Below, piece after piece: positions 37,011-39,668 of a stretch of DNA of 39,668 nucleotides. This DNA is from Octopus sinensis (lineage: Eukaryota): assembly GCF_006345805.1 (NCBI RefSeq), contig NW_021835530.1, positions 1 through 39,668 of the forward strand, in the 5' to 3' direction. Under the pieces are notes generated by a model. That model did no database searches, was not told the DNA's origin, and worked only from the letters and a program-made list of their open reading frames with translations. The number at the start of each line of letters is the position of its first letter. Positions within the stretch are counted from its first letter, which is position 1. The translations under genes were made by a program, and so were the position numbers.

Positions 37011-37741
37011 TGTTTCCTCCTCCCCAGTTATGACCTTTATCATTCTTTATAAACCAATGAATTCTTTCAACATTTATTTACATTTATAGTCTTCATATTT
37101 TTAAATCATTACAGCAATTAGCTTATCAACTGAACAGTAGGTTACCTATCTACTGAACCTATATGATTTTAATTGATTTGCCTTATTCTGGCAATATTGG
37201 TTAACAGAAACGTGAGAATTCATGGCAGTTTTTTTTTCGGGACTACCAATTCTGTTTTACCCTCTCTATTTTTCTGGTCTTTCAGCTTGTAGTTCCATAA
37301 CATTTAAATAATTGGTGTCTATAAATGTCGATATTTAACTAACATCAATTTATGAATTTCTAAATTCACTTTCCTATTTGATTTATCCTATTCTGTTTCT
37401 ATTTAAGCATTTATAAGTTGTGATTGCTGGCAATGTAATTATAGCTTTCTTTATATATTAATTATTTTATTTCCTTTTCCTTCATCTGCTTCTTCCTCGA
37501 TCTCCTCTGAAATTTCGCAGAGACCTTCGCTAATCTGCGGTTTTCCTTAAGTTATTTTCCCTAAAGTATAAATAGCTGGACTTCCATTAATTCGAACTAA
37601 TACGCTATTAGTTCTGCAATAATTAACCGGAACTCTTTAATCATTTTGAGTTAAGATAGTGAATATGTAACGCAAGAATTTATTAAGCATAACACATCTA
37701 ATGTACTAAACAATATACTGCAGTAGATGATTGTTCTACAG

Positions 37742-37820
37742 CAACTTCGACAACAGTTTTGAAATATATTTTGAGATGGTTAGATGTTATGCTCGGCGCC
37801 TGCTAGCTGCCGGTATACAG
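37742..37820 (+). other. Candidate 79-bp internal coding exon (unidentified gene)
   Basis: Acceptor TTGTTCTACAG, donor CAG/GTATGC, one open frame NFDNSFEIYFEMVRCYARRLLAAGIQ with an in-frame stop just upstream of the acceptor. Confidence 0.3.
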
Positions 37821-38453
37821 GTATGCTTTTGTAGGACCAGACTTTATGAGTGGGATCCTTAATCTTAATGACACCTTTAGAACAGAATTACCTTACAATT
37901 TTCTTAAATTTACATCATTTTGCTAGCCACTCTTGATGATTGACAGAGTGTAGAACCACCCGCTATACATTTCTTTAATGTTGGTAATTCTGATTAGAAA
38001 TTCCACTTGTTGAAGATCTGTTGAATAACCATGAGATCACTACTTGTTTGTTTATTTGTTAATCCTGATAACTTGAGACTCGCATAGAATATAACGTAAT
38101 ATTTAGGACGTTATGGAAACTGCAGTTCTGATTGTACCATATATGCTTCACAACAAAAACTCTTAGGAGAACAATTGTACCAATTCCAGATAACCCATTC
38201 ATCTGTTTTTATTTGTTTTTACGTCATGCTTAAGTTTCCATTCATCGTTGGACACTACTGTATATTATTCGAGCTGAGAATTGTCAGCCAGACCAAAAGT
38301 GAACTTCCCTTTAACGATGTAGTCCGTGCTATGATAATGGAGTACATAATAGTCTGATTTGCATCATTCTGTCTAGCCAATAAGTGTGACGTGCTTCCCT
38401 TTCATAAGTCTTGATTCTTTATGGATCCCCTGTAATCAAACATATACAATTAC

Positions 38454-38768
38454 AGGCACAGGCGCGGTAGTGCGGTACGAATCTTGCTTCCTAACCACAG
38501 GTTTCCGGATTCAGTCCCACTGCGTAGCAACTTGGGCAAGTATCTTCTACTATAACCTTGGGCCAACTAAAGCCTTGTGAGTGGATTCGTAGACGCCACT
38601 GAAAGAATCCCGTCGTATTAGATATATATATATATATATATTATATATTATATATATAATATATATACATATATTCTGGGGTCGATTTGTTCGGTTACAA
38701 CCTTTCAAGGTGGTGCCCCAGCATGGCCGCACTCGAATGACTGAAACAAACAAAAGATAAAGAAAAGA
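38454..38768 (+). mobile_element. SINE family A interrupted by (TA)n
   Basis: GGATTCAGTCCC B-box-like motif, CTTGGGCAAGTATCTTCTACTATA, CCCCAGCATGGCCGCA..GAATGACTGAAAC tail. Confidence 0.85.
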
Positions 38769-38833
38769 TCTATCTGTCTATCTGTCTGTCTGTCTCTTTC
38801 TCTGTCTCTCTGTCTCTCTCCCTATATATATAT

Positions 38834-38866
<33 letters not shown>

Positions 38867-38920
38867 CTTATATAATATACTACACACCTATTATATACTA
38901 TATATATATATTATATTATA

Positions 38921-38951
<31 letters not shown>

Positions 38952-38952
<1 letters not shown>

Positions 38953-39043
38953 CCTCCCTGCTTCCATCTCCTGAGCGCCTATTAATATAATACTGTAATT
39001 GTTCCTGTTGTTGTTGTTGTTTTTTGTTTCCTTTTGGATTAAA
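38952..39043 (+). mobile_element. H3-related fragment beginning at the hammerhead 3' cleavage product
   Basis: ACCTCC...CTGAGCG...TTGGATTAA parallels 35358-35453; (TA)n on both sides. Confidence 0.55.
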
Positions 39044-39161
39044 ATATATATATATATTGATAAAAATGGTAAGACAATAAAAGAATGAAAGCGACCTCGA
39101 TATTATGTAAATAGAGGAATTTATCTGTAAATGTAATATGTGACACTTATTCGGTAGCCAT

Positions 39162-39222
39162 GATAAAACTCTGAGTTTCGGATGCCGAGGTAGAAAACCA
39201 CACTGCCATCTCTTCAGTTATC
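39162..39222 (-). ncRNA. Type I hammerhead ribozyme, intact core
   Basis: Minus strand GATAA-CTGAAGA-GATG...CATC-C-GAAA-CTC-A-GAG-T-T-TTATC. Confidence 0.75.
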
Positions 39223-39269
39223 CGGCCATCGGAAAAATACTATCTCTTACTATCATATTTTTATGTCCG

Positions 39270-39324
39270 GATAACTGAAGAGATGGCGGTTTCCACCTCG
39301 GCATCCAAAACTCGGAGTTTTATC
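39270..39324 (+). ncRNA. Type I hammerhead copy with a G12>A substitution
   Basis: GATAA-CTGAAGA-GATG...CATC-C-AAAA-CTC-G-GAG-T-T-TTATC; GAAA is replaced by AAAA at 39307. Confidence 0.65.
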
Positions 39325-39509
39325 ATGGCTACCGAATAATTGTCACATATTACATTTATATATATATATATCATCAGAAAATGGAGAAAACCTCAGATCA
39401 GCAACCAAATCAATTAGACCACATCTAAAGCTTATTATCTAATGCAAAACATGAAACATGACCTAACATTTATGTGACATCACAGTTCTTACGGCCGTTT
39501 CCACTTCCG

Positions 39510-39668
39510 ATGACAGTCAGTGCCTACAAATAAATTCGAAAATAATATTCTTCATCTTATGGACATTCGAACTAGAACACGGAGCTTCATCAGAGGCATC
39601 CAAAATAAACAAAAGAAGAAGGAAATAGGAAAGAAAACATGGCTTAGAGAGAGGTCTGGAAGACAATA
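39510..39668 (+). pseudogene. Possible mariner transposase N-terminal remnant, runs off window end
   Basis: Frameshifted IIFFILWTFELEHGASSEASKIN and ERSGR resemble the mariner IFLYEFKLGHNAAEAARNIN...EERSGRP pattern; no TIR identified. Confidence 0.45.

Larger units (their letters stand above)
39058..39358. mobile_element. Head-to-head inverted pair of hammerhead-bearing elements (family H4)
   Basis: Arms 39128-39225 and 39267-39358 are near-perfect reverse complements, 41-bp spacer, (TA)n outside both ends. Confidence 0.85.

Noticed and set aside
39485-39600. GAAACGGCCGT palindrome and CTGATGAAGC near the window end
   Set aside because: The halves do not assemble into a hammerhead, and the region is better explained as a mariner remnant.

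Overview
Repeat-dense, gene-poor animal genomic DNA. The SINE families, the microsatellite load and the R4/Dong content point to an octopus-type cephalopod, but that assignment is my inference. I could not support any host protein-coding gene, only a few weak candidate exons; almost every ORF in the supplied track is a translation of a microsatellite. The window holds four layers. (1) At least four families of R4/Dong-clade non-LTR retrotransposons (RT, CCHC knuckle, restriction-like endonuclease), all lying in (TAA)n tracts in the same relative orientation and often stacked back to back; they include a decayed near full-length copy at 27312-30866. (2) Three tRNA-derived SINE families, two of which have seeded minisatellites, including about 49 copies of an 18-bp SINE 5' head at 5171-6050. 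(3) Remnants of Penelope (GIY-YIG), and probably mariner and RTE elements. (4) The most interesting layer: several unrelated short non-coding elements, mostly in (TA)n tracts, each carrying a minimal type I hammerhead ribozyme fold with a self-complementary stem III. One is a 1.4-mer of a 482-nt unit with the layout of a circular-RNA retrozyme (20285-20958). Others form fold-back inverted duplications (13837-13910, 39128-39358), and one copy starts almost exactly at the predicted self-cleavage site (38952). All folds were identified by eye and none was tested.
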